Source: Cyanobacteria bacterium P01_D01_bin.156 (GTDB lineage Bacteria; Cyanobacteriota; Cyanobacteriia; Phormidesmidales; Phormidesmidaceae). Taken from it: DNA of 59,682 nt. This document shows positions 9,760 to 20,137 of the stretch, piece by piece. Positions within the stretch are counted from its first letter, which is position 1. The number at the start of each line of letters is the position of its first letter. The stretch lies in NCBI GenBank assembly GCA_039024555.1, contig JBCCQQ010000038.1:1-59682 (forward strand), in the 5' to 3' direction. Under the pieces are notes generated by a model. It made no database searches. It was not told the origin of the DNA and saw only the letters and a list, made by a program, of their open reading frames with translations. The translations under genes were made by a program, and so were the position numbers.

Positions 9760-11430
9760 TTATGCATTTTTGCCGGAGCGGCCAAGGCGATCAATCGAGA
9801 GCGTTACTCCACCTAATGTAACTAGCAAAATTCCAGGCCATTGAATCAGCTGTAGCGGTGCGGTTAGTGTGAGTACAGCCATTAAAGCAGTAATTATGGG
9901 GGTGGCTGCTGTTACGGTGGCAGTCCGCAATCCCCCAACTAAACGCAACCCACTGTAGTGAAATAGGTAGCTAACACTGGCAACAATGCCTAGAAGTAGC
10001 CCTATCCAAACAAGCTGGCCGGGCACCTGGGTAATGTTGCCTAAACGCACTAGTAAAACTAGGGTACTAAGGCTTGCCGCTACAATATGCTGCATTAGTC
10101 CAGCTGATATGGGATTGAGCTGACGACTCAGACTATTGGTGACGACATATAAGCCAAACGCTACAGCGGCCAGAACAATGGGGAGCGCACTGGTAAAGCT
10201 CAGGGGTCTAAGTAACAGCACCACTCCCATAGCCATGGCTAACATAACCACACACCGTAATGAATTAGGCCGCTCGCCATTCAGCCACCATAGTAAGGGA
10301 ACTGCGACCAAAGGATACGCAAACAGCAGGGGTGCTGCTACCGCTGGACCCAGGCTACCAGCCGACTGAAATAATAAGACTTGAGAAAAAAAGTAGAATG
10401 TACCACTTCCGAGTAGTGCTAAACACCGAGGACGCGATCTCAAAGACTGATTAATATCCTGCCAAATCGAACGGTGTAGCTGGGGTCCTAACAGTATCAA
10501 CACCGGAATCAAAACCACCAACTGCAGCCACAGCAGGGCATTGGCCTGGAAAAAACTAAAGGTGTCTAGCCCCAGCCAAACTACGCCAAAAAGAGTCGCT
10601 CCAAAACCGATCCCACCCACAAGTACAGTCAGCACACTAAAGCCTAAAGTAGCCATGGCACAGAGCAGGATACCTTTTTTGAGAAATCGCTCTGAACTAC
10701 GATGGTGGCTGGTTTTGGGGACTCCCACCAGAGATGGATTAATAGTTTGACCTGAATAAAGAGGCACTACCCGGCGAGTAGTCCCCGTCATCTGATCAGG
10801 GCGAGGACGTTCTACATAGGTGCGACCACCTACCACGGCACTCCCGTCAGATAGTGGACGATTGTCTACTGTCTGGGGCAGTACCGTAGCCTTATTGAGC
10901 TGTGCCCCCAGTTGATCACTCAGACGTTCCACTAGACTGTCGAGAATGACCTCCCCTTGTTGTTCCATTGCCTGCATACGCACCAGTTGTTGCGAAAGTG
11001 CGCTTTGGTAACTGCTTAAATCTTGCTGCAACGCTTCAACACTTTGATTCAGGGTGTTATCGAGAGATTGAAGCCAATCCTGGGTTGGGGAAGGCAAGTC
11101 TACTGAATTCGTAACGTAAGCGTGGAGATCCTCGCGTAAATTTTGAGCTAATACCTGGGCCAATCGTTTTGCCCAGGCATTCTGCTGGGCCAGCTGACGC
11201 TTGGAAAGCGTCGTGTCCGATTCATTTTTGAGGGACTGATAGTCGATGTAAAGCTGGTCATACTCGACCCTAAGCCCTTCCAGCTCACTGATCAAACGTT
11301 GCTTTTCAGTTTGCAAGTACTCAATATCCTGGGCCAACTGATCAGCAAAATGCCGCTGCAACGCCTGAAAGTCGTCATCCAGCGACTGTATCAGTGGTTC
11401 ATTCGTGCCCTGGCTATCAGACTCACCCAT
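9760..11430 (-). CDS. sepJ: SepJ-like protein: coiled-coil, linker and EamA/DMT permease
   Basis: Q/L/E-rich N-terminal coiled coil (QQNAWAKRLAQVLA), Pro/Thr/Arg linker and about 10 C-terminal TM helices, which is the SepJ/FraG architecture. Confidence 0.7.
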   Translation of the reverse strand: MGESDSQGTNEPLIQSLDDDFQALQRHFADQLAQDIEYLQTEKQRLISELEGLRVEYDQLYIDYQSLKNESDTTLSKRQLAQQNAWAKRLAQVLAQNLREDLHAYVTNSVDLPSPTQDWLQSLDNTLNQSVEALQQDLSSYQSALSQQLVRMQAMEQQGEVILDSLVERLSDQLGAQLNKATVLPQTVDNRPLSDGSAVVGGRTYVERPRPDQMTGTTRRVVPLYSGQTINPSLVGVPKTSHHRSSERFLKKGILLCAMATLGFSVLTVLVGGIGFGATLFGVVWLGLDTFSFFQANALLWLQLVVLIPVLILLGPQLHRSIWQDINQSLRSRPRCLALLGSGTFYFFSQVLLFQSAGSLGPAVAAPLLFAYPLVAVPLLWWLNGERPNSLRCVVMLAMAMGVVLLLRPLSFTSALPIVLAAVAFGLYVVTNSLSRQLNPISAGLMQHIVAASLSTLVLLVRLGNITQVPGQLVWIGLLLGIVASVSYLFHYSGLRLVGGLRTATVTAATPIITALMAVLTLTAPLQLIQWPGILLVTLGGVTLSIDRLGRSGKNA

Positions 11431-12293
11431 GGTTCTCCTTCCTAATAGATGACGATCTGCAGTGTCAGCCTGACACCGCAGACTAAGCCATACCCTGCTT
11501 TATACCCAAGTTTTGTATTGGTGTCGACACTCTACCAGGCCACCCAGAATAACAAAACAAGTTTTTATCTCCGATGTTGAGATTTATCAGCGAATTCTTT
11601 GGGCAGATATGTTGATATGGAGCCAAATCGCCTAGATTAATACTGGGATACCGTAAGCACTCCAGATAACCAGATGATGCTTAGAGAAACTTAAAATACC
11701 CTCTTCTATTGTGTAGCTAAATGTATTTTTTATTCATGCTGGGTAATATCTAAAAATAACCTTGAGTTTTCTATCCCAGATATGGCTGATTTGACTACAA
11801 AATTAGGCTGGCATTGTATGAATGATTAGACCTTCTAATAAACAGAGTTGCTACCATACTCAGGCATCAGACCATTCTCTCCAAAAGTCAATAAGCCCCT
11901 GAAATACATCGATTTGAAGATTTATTTAAGCGAATACGTAGATGATAAACTTGATACAAAATAGTAAATCTTCGGCAAACAAACGTCATGTGAGTAGAGG
12001 GTTTTGAGCTATTTTCTGTTACGAAGGTCAGATTGGCTTTGATATGACCTTTGTATATCTGTGAGGTACACGTTTAACACCGCAAGGCACGTCCATCAAT
12101 CATGCTGGTGCCCTTCATTTAATTGATCAGAAAGTGCCCCATACAGGCGTTCGACAACTGCGTTTCCTCGAAATACGCCGATGTAGAACAAACCATTATT
12201 TCTTGGGTTGCTTGGAGACTGATAAAATCACTTTTTCCATAAACATTATTAGTTCAAAGGGTTAGGACGTATTGTGAGGCAATCGAAATAAGG

Positions 12294-12950
12294 ATGAAGA
12301 AAATCCTAATTGTTGATGACGATATAACCTTGCGGGCTGCCTTGACCCGCTATCTGAGGGAACGGGGGTTTCAAGTAAGTCAAGCTTCTTCTGGTATAGA
12401 AGGGCTAGCTCTGTTTGAGCAAGATCAGCCAGATTTGGTCGTTTCGGATGTCATGATGCCGGAAATGGACGGCTACGAATTTTGCACAAAACTTCGGGAA
12501 ATTCGTTCAGGGCAGCTGGTGCCGTTTATTTTTCTATCGGGACGGGGTGACTTAGACGATCGGATCCAAGGTCATTCTAAAGGAGCTGATGACTATATTG
12601 TTAAACCCTTCCATCCAAAGGAGCTGATTGCCAAAATCGAAGCTCAGCTAGAACGCTCACGACGCATGCACGCAGAAATTATTCGTCTAGTGCAACAAAT
12701 GCCAACCCAAGAAACCAACCAACCCCCCCCGCCAGAGCCGTTACCCCTTACGCCTGCTGAAGAAAAGGTATTTTGGGAAGTTATTCAAGGATTTACGAAT
12801 AAGCAAATCGGTGAACACTTATTTATTAGCCCCAGGACCGTTCAAACACACCTAAGCAATATCTTAAGTAAGCTATCTCTGGAAAATCGTTCCCAACTTA
12901 TTCGCTATGCTTTTGAGCATGGTTATCGTCCAGCCAGCAATGAGGCGTAG
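12294..12950 (+). CDS. NarL/LuxR-family response regulator
   Basis: REC domain (IVDDD, SDVMMP, KP) plus LuxR HTH (GFTNKQIGEHLFISPRTVQTHLSNI). Confidence 0.93.
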   Translation: MKKILIVDDDITLRAALTRYLRERGFQVSQASSGIEGLALFEQDQPDLVVSDVMMPEMDGYEFCTKLREIRSGQLVPFIFLSGRGDLDDRIQGHSKGADDYIVKPFHPKELIAKIEAQLERSRRMHAEIIRLVQQMPTQETNQPPPPEPLPLTPAEEKVFWEVIQGFTNKQIGEHLFISPRTVQTHLSNILSKLSLENRSQLIRYAFEHGYRPASNEA

Positions 12951-13069
12951 TTGGGAGCTGACCCAGACATTCTTGTATTGTTCAGACATTGTGAGGTAGC
13001 CTGAAGTTTGGCTGACTACTAAAGCAATGTTTAAAGCAACGCCAGAAGCTGGTGTTATAAGCGCCCGAT

Positions 13070-13807
13070 ATGACTAACGTTTCCGCTGATTCCCCAACAG
13101 CTTTGCCCAAAGACATCGACACCACCACGGTTAAACTTGCCAAACAGCTTGCTTCGAACAACTTAAAGCGCCAGATTCATGCCGCAGCAGAGTTAGCCAG
13201 TGCTGGTGAATTGGGCATTGGGGTTCTGATTGACTTTCTGAAAAATACAGTTGCTGTCAACGACTGTTCTGTGGCAGCAGGTAAGGTCTATCAACTACTA
13301 AGTGCATGCGATTTACTGGCAGCTCAAACTTTTTTGGCTGAGGTACTACCTGATGGTGTAGTTACTTTGAAAACAGCTAAAGGGATTGACTACCAGCCAT
13401 TGCAGGCATTACTGATCGCTCAAAAGTTTGAGGAAGCCGATAAAGTCACTTTGCAAAAACTCTGTGAATTGGCTGGTCCGGCATCTGTTCAGCGTAAGTG
13501 GGTTTATTTTACAGAAGTCGATAGCTTTCCTGTTGTCGATTTACAAACGATCGATCTGCTTTGGCGTGTGTATTCAGAAGATCGTTTTGGCTTTTCTAAG
13601 CAGCGAGAACTTTGGTTGGGTCTCAATAAAAATTGGACCCTGATGTGGGAAAAACTAGCTTGGAAATCGGGCAATATTTGGACTCGGTATCCCGGTGAGT
13701 TTGTTTGGGACTTATCGGCCCCTGTTGGACACTTACCCCTTTCGAATCAACTACGTGGGGTGCGCATGATGGAATTCCTGCTATGTCATCCTGCCTGGGA
13801 ACAGTAA
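13070..13807 (+). CDS. gun4: GUN4 (Ycf53) porphyrin-binding Mg-chelatase activator
   Basis: ARM-like N-terminus, LQTIDLLWRVYSEDRFGFSKQ and APVGHLPLSNQLRG motifs. Confidence 0.92.
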   Translation: MTNVSADSPTALPKDIDTTTVKLAKQLASNNLKRQIHAAAELASAGELGIGVLIDFLKNTVAVNDCSVAAGKVYQLLSACDLLAAQTFLAEVLPDGVVTLKTAKGIDYQPLQALLIAQKFEEADKVTLQKLCELAGPASVQRKWVYFTEVDSFPVVDLQTIDLLWRVYSEDRFGFSKQRELWLGLNKNWTLMWEKLAWKSGNIWTRYPGEFVWDLSAPVGHLPLSNQLRGVRMMEFLLCHPAWEQ

Positions 13808-14499
13808 AGCTTGGGTGCGCGATCGCAATGGAATTCATTGATAGCTTGGTAAAGCTCATCCGGAGCATCCACTAAGAATGTCGGACCCTGAGCCTCTAGG
13901 GCGATGCGATCGCTAAACCCCCAACTGACCGATGCCACGGCTAATCCCTGACAATGGGCTGATTCAATATCACGGGTCTCATCGCCAACGTAGAGGATTT
14001 CTTCCGGCACTAAACGATGGCGCCGCATAATGCGCCGCAGACTACGGGCTTTACCGAGAAGACCGATATTTCCATATACCTGGGTAAATACCTGCACCAA
14101 ATCATGATGTTTAAGAAACGTGTGAATAGTTGACGGTGCATTAGAACTGGCAATCATCATGGTGTGACCATCTGCAGCCAGGGTGACCAATACTTCATGT
14201 AGCTTTGGGAAAGTATTGATGGAGTGAATCTCGTTACGTAGCTCCCGCCGTACCCGGCGCATGAGGAAGGGTACTTGGAATAAGGGCACATTTGACTGTT
14301 CTAGGAGTTCAGCAGTGCTTAGGGTGCGTAAGTATTTCAGTCGTTCGGGTGTGGTTTGGGGGTAACCATAGTTGGCGGCTAGGCGGTTTGTAATTGTGAC
14401 GATCGTGTCCAACGTATCGGCGATCGTACCGTCAAAGTCAAAAATGAGAACGGTCACGTGATTGGGGTATGGAAAAACAAGTGGCAAATCCGATCGCAT
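13786..14499 (-). CDS. HAD-family hydrolase (phosphoglycolate phosphatase-like)
   Basis: FDFDGTIADT motif I and VGDETRDI motif IV. Start is uncertain. Confidence 0.88.
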   Translation of the reverse strand: MRSDLPLVFPYPNHVTVLIFDFDGTIADTLDTIVTITNRLAANYGYPQTTPERLKYLRTLSTAELLEQSNVPLFQVPFLMRRVRRELRNEIHSINTFPKLHEVLVTLAADGHTMMIASSNAPSTIHTFLKHHDLVQVFTQVYGNIGLLGKARSLRRIMRRHRLVPEEILYVGDETRDIESAHCQGLAVASVSWGFSDRIALEAQGPTFLVDAPDELYQAINEFHCDRAPKLYCSQAG

Positions 14500-14674
14500 T
14501 AGCGACCGTATACTTATCTATGCCCAAAACCTAGAATATGGCTAAAGAAAATCTGAAGCTAAGCTGTGGGAGGTTAATTTTTAACCATTGGTAGATGCGG
14601 TTTCAGTAAATGCTCTGAGTACAAGCACTATAGCGCTAGCCATCCTTTCTTGTGGTAACAAATTATCCTGATCC

Positions 14675-16306
14675 TCAACGCCAGCGGCCCGAACGCAAAA
14701 TACTGATAATTAGCCAGATGCCTAGAAGAGTAGCGGCGGCAAATAGGCTAGTACTAAGCCATTGAAGTTGAATGTTCGTTTGATTACTAGAAATAATGGC
14801 AGCACCGATAATCAATGCAGCCACCACGGTACTAAAGGAACGGCGATTGGCGGCTTGTTCGATGCTGCGTTGCAGACTGGTTAAGTCTTGAATACTTACA
14901 TTCCAAACGAGGGTTTCCTCACTTAGGCGATCGAGTAAAAACCCCAACTGCCGCGGTGCCGACAGAGATAAATTGCGAAACTCCAAACCAGTGCGCAACA
15001 ATGCCTGGAGCGGATCATCCCCGATCAGCTGCTGGCGAAAAAGATCCACCATTAGCGGTCGAATTTCTGCAATCAAATTAATTTGAGGATTAAACTGACG
15101 GGCCATACCCTCTAGATTGGCTAAAGACTTGGCAAAAAGTCCGATGTTGGCAGGCCAGCGTAAATGGTTGCGGGTACCGGCTTCCAACACTTCGGCAAAG
15201 GCCACAGCGGTATTAAAACTTTTGAGTTCTAGACCGTAGTAGCGGGACAGCAACCGGCTGTAGTTATTCTCTAGCTTGGCAAGATCCACCGGCTGCAGCG
15301 GCTCTGCCAGCTGTAGGGTGAGCTGGGCGCAGCGCTGGGCATCGGAGCTGACAATGGCTAACACCATTTCTGTCAGTGTGGTGCGGGTTTTGGGATCTAG
15401 CCGCCCCATCATGCCGCAGTCTAGTAATGCCACCCGACCATCGCTCAGATAAAAGACATTACCCGGGTGGGGATCGGCATGGAAAAAGCCATCGATAAAG
15501 TATTGCTGAAAAAATGCACGAAAAAGCAAACTGCTGAGGGCATTACGCTTCTCTGCAGGTTCTGCAGAACTCCCCATGGCGGCCGATAAAATGGGCTGAC
15601 CGTCTAACCACTGCATGACCAGCACTTTAGGCTGGGTCAGGGGCCAAATAACTTCCGGAATGGTTAACTCATGGGTGGCAAACCAGCGGCCTCTGGCTAA
15701 ATTCTGGCGTAGCTGATCGGTGTAGGTGGCTTCGGTGGTAAAGTCCAGCTCGGCCTTGAGCGCCGCACTAAACTCATCGGCTAGGGCAACCACGTTATAG
15801 CGTTGACCAAATTGGGTACTGGCCACCAGTTTGGCAATGTCGCGAATCAACGCCATGTCGCGTCGCACCTGAATTTCAATGCCGGGGCGCTGAATTTTTA
15901 AGGCGACGGGCTGACCATTTTTGAGGGTGGCCCGGTGGACCTGGCCGATAGACCCGGATGCGATCGCACTGTAGTCCACCTCTGCAAACGCCTCATCCGG
16001 ATTTAGATGCTGACGCAAAAACGCTTGAATCGTTACCGCATCAACTGGGGGGACCGTGGATTGCAATGAACTTAGCGCTTCAATGTAGGCCGGTGGTAAC
16101 AGATCTGGTCGGGTACTTAACAGCTGGCCAAACTTAATATAGACCGGTCCTAGATCCGTCAAAATATTACGCAACACAGCAGGAGGGGGAATATCTGGCT
16201 CCTCCGGTGCTTTTCCCAGTAACAGACGACGCATGTAGTCCCAGCCATGCCGTAAAAACACCTCTACAATTTCACCCTGCCGGGAAATAAGATTTGGCGT
16301 TAACAT
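14675..16306 (-). CDS. ABC1/AarF/UbiB atypical kinase
   Basis: LGPVYIKFGQLLSTRPDLLP, SIGQVH, VALKIQRP, FHADPHPGN and LLDCGM motifs, two C-terminal TMs. Confidence 0.93.
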   Translation of the reverse strand: MLTPNLISRQGEIVEVFLRHGWDYMRRLLLGKAPEEPDIPPPAVLRNILTDLGPVYIKFGQLLSTRPDLLPPAYIEALSSLQSTVPPVDAVTIQAFLRQHLNPDEAFAEVDYSAIASGSIGQVHRATLKNGQPVALKIQRPGIEIQVRRDMALIRDIAKLVASTQFGQRYNVVALADEFSAALKAELDFTTEATYTDQLRQNLARGRWFATHELTIPEVIWPLTQPKVLVMQWLDGQPILSAAMGSSAEPAEKRNALSSLLFRAFFQQYFIDGFFHADPHPGNVFYLSDGRVALLDCGMMGRLDPKTRTTLTEMVLAIVSSDAQRCAQLTLQLAEPLQPVDLAKLENNYSRLLSRYYGLELKSFNTAVAFAEVLEAGTRNHLRWPANIGLFAKSLANLEGMARQFNPQINLIAEIRPLMVDLFRQQLIGDDPLQALLRTGLEFRNLSLSAPRQLGFLLDRLSEETLVWNVSIQDLTSLQRSIEQAANRRSFSTVVAALIIGAAIISSNQTNIQLQWLSTSLFAAATLLGIWLIISILRSGRWR

Positions 16307-16359
16307 GCAGCCCTTAGGTAAAGTAGTGTTCGGTCTGATGCTAGCAGTTCCCCCAACCT

Positions 16360-17346
16360 ATGTGGCTTCGCAACCTAATTCTCCTTTGTACAACGGCTTA
16401 CCAGATCTGGTGCAGCCGTCAGGAAGACCAAACGCCCCCCCCCGGAGAAATCTACGATATCGGAGACTGCAAACTACATCTGTACCGTCGAGGTCATGCC
16501 CAACCCAACCAGCCTACGGTGATTTTGGACCATAGCCTCGGCGGTGTAGAAGGGTATTTGCTGATTGATGACATCGCTGAATTTGCCGATGTTTGTATCT
16601 ATGACCGAGCAGGCTATGGCTGGAGTTCAAATAGTCCCAATCCACGCAACAGTGGAGAAATGGTGCAGGAATTAGAAGCATTACTACGCCAGGCTAACAT
16701 TCCCCCACCCTACGTTCTAGTGGGCAATTCCCTGGGCAGCTACACCATGCGCCTCTATACCGCTACCTACCCAGAACAGGTAGCGGGACTCATTCTCACC
16801 GATGGTCTCCATGAAGATGGTATGGGTCGGCTACCCGCCAGCTTACAGCTGATGAAATTTGTTTTTACAGCAGGCTTTTTAATGTCTGTGGTGGGTTCTG
16901 CCCTAGGGATTATTCGAATTCTGCAGCAGTTGGGACTCTTCCAGGTTTTGAGTCCTAACCTTAGACAGTATAGTCAGGCTCAGCTAGCACCGGTTCTTCG
17001 GTCGTTTGTGCAGCCCAAACATTGGTTCACCATGGCCCGTGAAATGTTTAGCCTAAATGCTAGCAATGAACAGCTTAGCGATGTTGGGAGCCTAGGTTCG
17101 CTCCCCATCATCAACATCAAGGCTAACCATTTCTTTACCCCGGCTCCACTTCTCAAACCATTGCCGTTGGATACAGCTGATAATACGTGGACTCGCATGC
17201 ATTATGAACTCATGCGTATATCCACCCAAAGCCTAAGTTTGCCGACTCAAAAGAGCAGCCACTTTGTCTGGGTTGATGAACCCGAAGTGATTGTTGAAGC
17301 GACTTATCGAATGTTGCGCAGACTCAAAAAAGAGCGTCAGAGTTAG
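16360..17346 (+). CDS. Alpha/beta hydrolase
   Basis: YDRAGYGWS, GNSLG nucleophile elbow and C-terminal SHFVW. Confidence 0.88.
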   Translation: MWLRNLILLCTTAYQIWCSRQEDQTPPPGEIYDIGDCKLHLYRRGHAQPNQPTVILDHSLGGVEGYLLIDDIAEFADVCIYDRAGYGWSSNSPNPRNSGEMVQELEALLRQANIPPPYVLVGNSLGSYTMRLYTATYPEQVAGLILTDGLHEDGMGRLPASLQLMKFVFTAGFLMSVVGSALGIIRILQQLGLFQVLSPNLRQYSQAQLAPVLRSFVQPKHWFTMAREMFSLNASNEQLSDVGSLGSLPIINIKANHFFTPAPLLKPLPLDTADNTWTRMHYELMRISTQSLSLPTQKSSHFVWVDEPEVIVEATYRMLRRLKKERQS

Positions 17347-17480
17347 CGGCCTATCGAAGCTACTGTGAGTTCTTGGAGGCGTTGCTGATCCTCGGGATGA
17401 TTATCTGCCAAATCCAGAACTCTAGACGGTTGTATAGATCGTTTCATCCTCTAAATCAGCAACGGCTTCTTGGATGCTAT

Positions 17481-18308
17481 CTACGCTTGAATCCGTTCAC
17501 AATCTTGTAGAACCGCACCAACCGTTGAGTAACGTTTTTCAGCATTCGCATTGACCATGCGACTGAGAACGTTAACCAAATTATCTGGTAGATTCAACTG
17601 ACGATACCAGCCCCGCCGCACGGTGAAACATCCATCGCTGCCGTGAACTAAGTCTTTCAGGGGTAACTGGGTCAAGGCCTGAATAATGGCTACACCCACT
17701 GTGTAAAGATCGCTGCTAACGTTACATTTTCCCTGTAAACATTCTGGTGCAAAGTAAGCGGCTGTCTCCTGGGGAAACAGCTCTGCTAAGGACACCTGCA
17801 TTTTACAAACCTGCTGCACAACAGTTTTCAAAACGCCCATACCGGTCCAAACCCAGCCACCGTCCAACTGCCGATAAATCAAATCGCTGGGATGTAAACA
17901 GCAGCTACTCAAACCCCAACTGTAGGCCTGTTGTAACAGCCGTAAAATTTGAACCAGCTGCTGTTGCCCTGTCAGGGGAGTTTGTTGGTCTAAGCAGTGT
18001 AACGCTTGCCCCTTGACCATAGAGTGGACGATGCAGAAAGCTGTCTCGTCACTAAAGTAGTCATGAATTTTGTACTCAGAATCAATATCGTTAAACAACG
18101 TCTGCAGGGTGTGTGATTTATGGTGCAGTAATGTTTTGGCGAACTTCACCACACTGTCATCATCGTTGTGTAACTCTAACTTTTGGAGAATTTTCAGGGA
18201 TGCATTTTCCTGATGCAGCTCCCTAACCACCCAGGTCTGGCTTGTGGTTGAGCGGCCTACATTTTTTAGACACTGATAGTTGTTTACAGCATTCATAGTC
18301 AGCGTCAT
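17481..18308 (-). CDS. Ser/Thr protein kinase-like protein, catalytically degenerate
   Basis: YFAPE, SDLYTVG and KRYST kinase subdomains are present, while the HRD and DFG motifs are absent. Confidence 0.75.
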   Translation of the reverse strand: MTLTMNAVNNYQCLKNVGRSTTSQTWVVRELHQENASLKILQKLELHNDDDSVVKFAKTLLHHKSHTLQTLFNDIDSEYKIHDYFSDETAFCIVHSMVKGQALHCLDQQTPLTGQQQLVQILRLLQQAYSWGLSSCCLHPSDLIYRQLDGGWVWTGMGVLKTVVQQVCKMQVSLAELFPQETAAYFAPECLQGKCNVSSDLYTVGVAIIQALTQLPLKDLVHGSDGCFTVRRGWYRQLNLPDNLVNVLSRMVNANAEKRYSTVGAVLQDCERIQA

Positions 18309-18311
18309 ACC

Positions 18312-19670
18312 TTATCCAGCCTCTCGGTCGTAGGTCTTCAATACATGGGGACGGTAATTTTCAAGACGGCGACTTTCGACGATAGGAGTCGGGGAATTAT
18401 GGCTGAGTGCCTGACGTAGGTCTGACAAGCTGGCCTCTGCCGATGCCAATTTTTGACGTAAACTTTGCATTTCGCGATGGCTACTGGACGGTATGGAGAG
18501 CGTGCCCTTCGGAGAAGATTCAGAGTCTTGAAGGAGTCGCTCTAAATCGACAAGGGCTACAGCCGCCTGTTCAATCTCTAGAATTAATGTACGGGCTACC
18601 TTAGTCCCATCCTGGGCGGAACCGGTAAAGGTTTGTACATGGCTCTGAAACCCTTCAGCTAGGGTGTTCATTTGGCGTCCAGCTTCACGGGTTTGACTGA
18701 CCAGTTGGGCAATTTCTTCGGCAATGTAAGAAAACCCAGCCATTTCAGGACCCAATTTATGTACTGCGATCGCAGCCTGGACCGATAGCTGCCGCACGTG
18801 ACGGCTAACGTCTTCAATCATGGTTGACGTGGACTGAATCGTCTCCAGCTCCGACTCCAAAAGGCGACCAATGGTGACAATTTGGTCCGTATTTTGACAA
18901 ATCGCATTGACCCCAGCAAATGTGGCTTGAAACGCCTTTTTACCTTCCGCCGACAGCACCTTCCCAATTTCCATAAATCTCTGATTTAGCGCCTGGATTT
19001 CTTGGGACTGTACCAGCAATTGCTGCTGCTGATTTTCCAGCATCAAATTGCGCGATTTGATTTGCCGCTGCTGCGCTTCTAGTAAAACATTGCGCGCTTG
19101 GATTTCTTGTTGCTGAGTTTCTAACTGCTGTGAATAGGTTTCAGCATGCCTGTGGGACTCTTCCAACAGGTGCTTTTGCCGCTGCATTTGCTTGTTAACA
19201 ACGTTTAGAATTTCCGAGTTGGCCAGCAACAAGGTATGAAAATTGAGAAGAAAATAGCTCGTCAAATCAGAAATCCAGCGGTTATGAAACTTAACCACAA
19301 TTGGCTCAAACAGATGCTGCGAAGCACGAGATAACCCCTTTTGAGTAGCCACATCAATGCGTTCGGCATAATCCAGAATCAGTGGCTTACAGCAGTGGGG
19401 GTTGAGGTCTAAAAACACCTGAATTGGACGCTTTAGAAAAATTTCAAGGGCATAGGGTTGGCTTAACCCTTGATAAAGCTGATTACGAGAAATAGCGCCC
19501 ATAATTTGCCCATTCTCAATAATCAGGACTCCTGTTAAATGCGGCCGTTGTTCAAATTGTTGGACAACTTCGTGCCCTAGGGTATGTGGAGTAACTTGAG
19601 CTTCTTCAAGACTCAGCTCACCAAGCGTCGCGGAATCGGTGAGTTGTACAGGGGAAGGCATAATTGACAA
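18312..19670 (-). CDS. Soluble CBS-like / coiled-coil / MCP-signalling-like protein
   Basis: N-terminal CBS-like segment, Q-rich coiled coil and LSVQAAIAVHKLGPEMAGFSYIAEEIAQL resembling an MCP hairpin tip. No TM. Confidence 0.7.
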   Translation of the reverse strand: MSIMPSPVQLTDSATLGELSLEEAQVTPHTLGHEVVQQFEQRPHLTGVLIIENGQIMGAISRNQLYQGLSQPYALEIFLKRPIQVFLDLNPHCCKPLILDYAERIDVATQKGLSRASQHLFEPIVVKFHNRWISDLTSYFLLNFHTLLLANSEILNVVNKQMQRQKHLLEESHRHAETYSQQLETQQQEIQARNVLLEAQQRQIKSRNLMLENQQQQLLVQSQEIQALNQRFMEIGKVLSAEGKKAFQATFAGVNAICQNTDQIVTIGRLLESELETIQSTSTMIEDVSRHVRQLSVQAAIAVHKLGPEMAGFSYIAEEIAQLVSQTREAGRQMNTLAEGFQSHVQTFTGSAQDGTKVARTLILEIEQAAVALVDLERLLQDSESSPKGTLSIPSSSHREMQSLRQKLASAEASLSDLRQALSHNSPTPIVESRRLENYRPHVLKTYDREAG

Positions 19671-20137
19671 TCGCTAAGCCCAACAGTAAGCAAGCTTGCT
19701 AATAGCCCGCTTATCCGTTGAAGGATTTTCTAATCAAAATTCTTGAAATACTCATGAACTCGCAACACTGACTTTCTAGCCAGTCATCACGAAACCCATA
19801 GCGTAGGCAGAATGCACATCAATCAATCGTATTTATAAGCTTAACGGTAGCTACACAATGTCCATAGTTATGCACAATACACTATGCAAAATTTTCTTTT
19901 CTCTCAACGTTTATTGCAATTCAGGGGGGCTACAGAGCAAAAATGCCCCGAGGACTACAATTAAATGGGACTGGTAATATATTTTCTGTCGGGTTAATTG
20001 AGGCAGCAGATGTCCTCACCGGATTTGAGCTACAGTCGTTAACCTGATTCGTAACTGACACGCGTATTTGAATGAATCCGTTTGCCAGTTGCTAATGATT
20101 TCTAGCCCGATAATAAGCTTTAACTAAAGCAGCCGCC

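Noticed and set aside
9593..9760. tRNA-Ser as an integration site for an island
   Set aside because: No integrase and no duplicated tRNA 3' end seen in the window. The flanks are ordinary cyanobacterial genes.
11431..12293. Long intergenic region examined for a riboswitch or NtcA site
   Set aside because: I could not identify a convincing aptamer or a GTA-N8-TAC site with a properly spaced -10 by eye. It is probably a divergent promoter region. An Infernal search would be needed.
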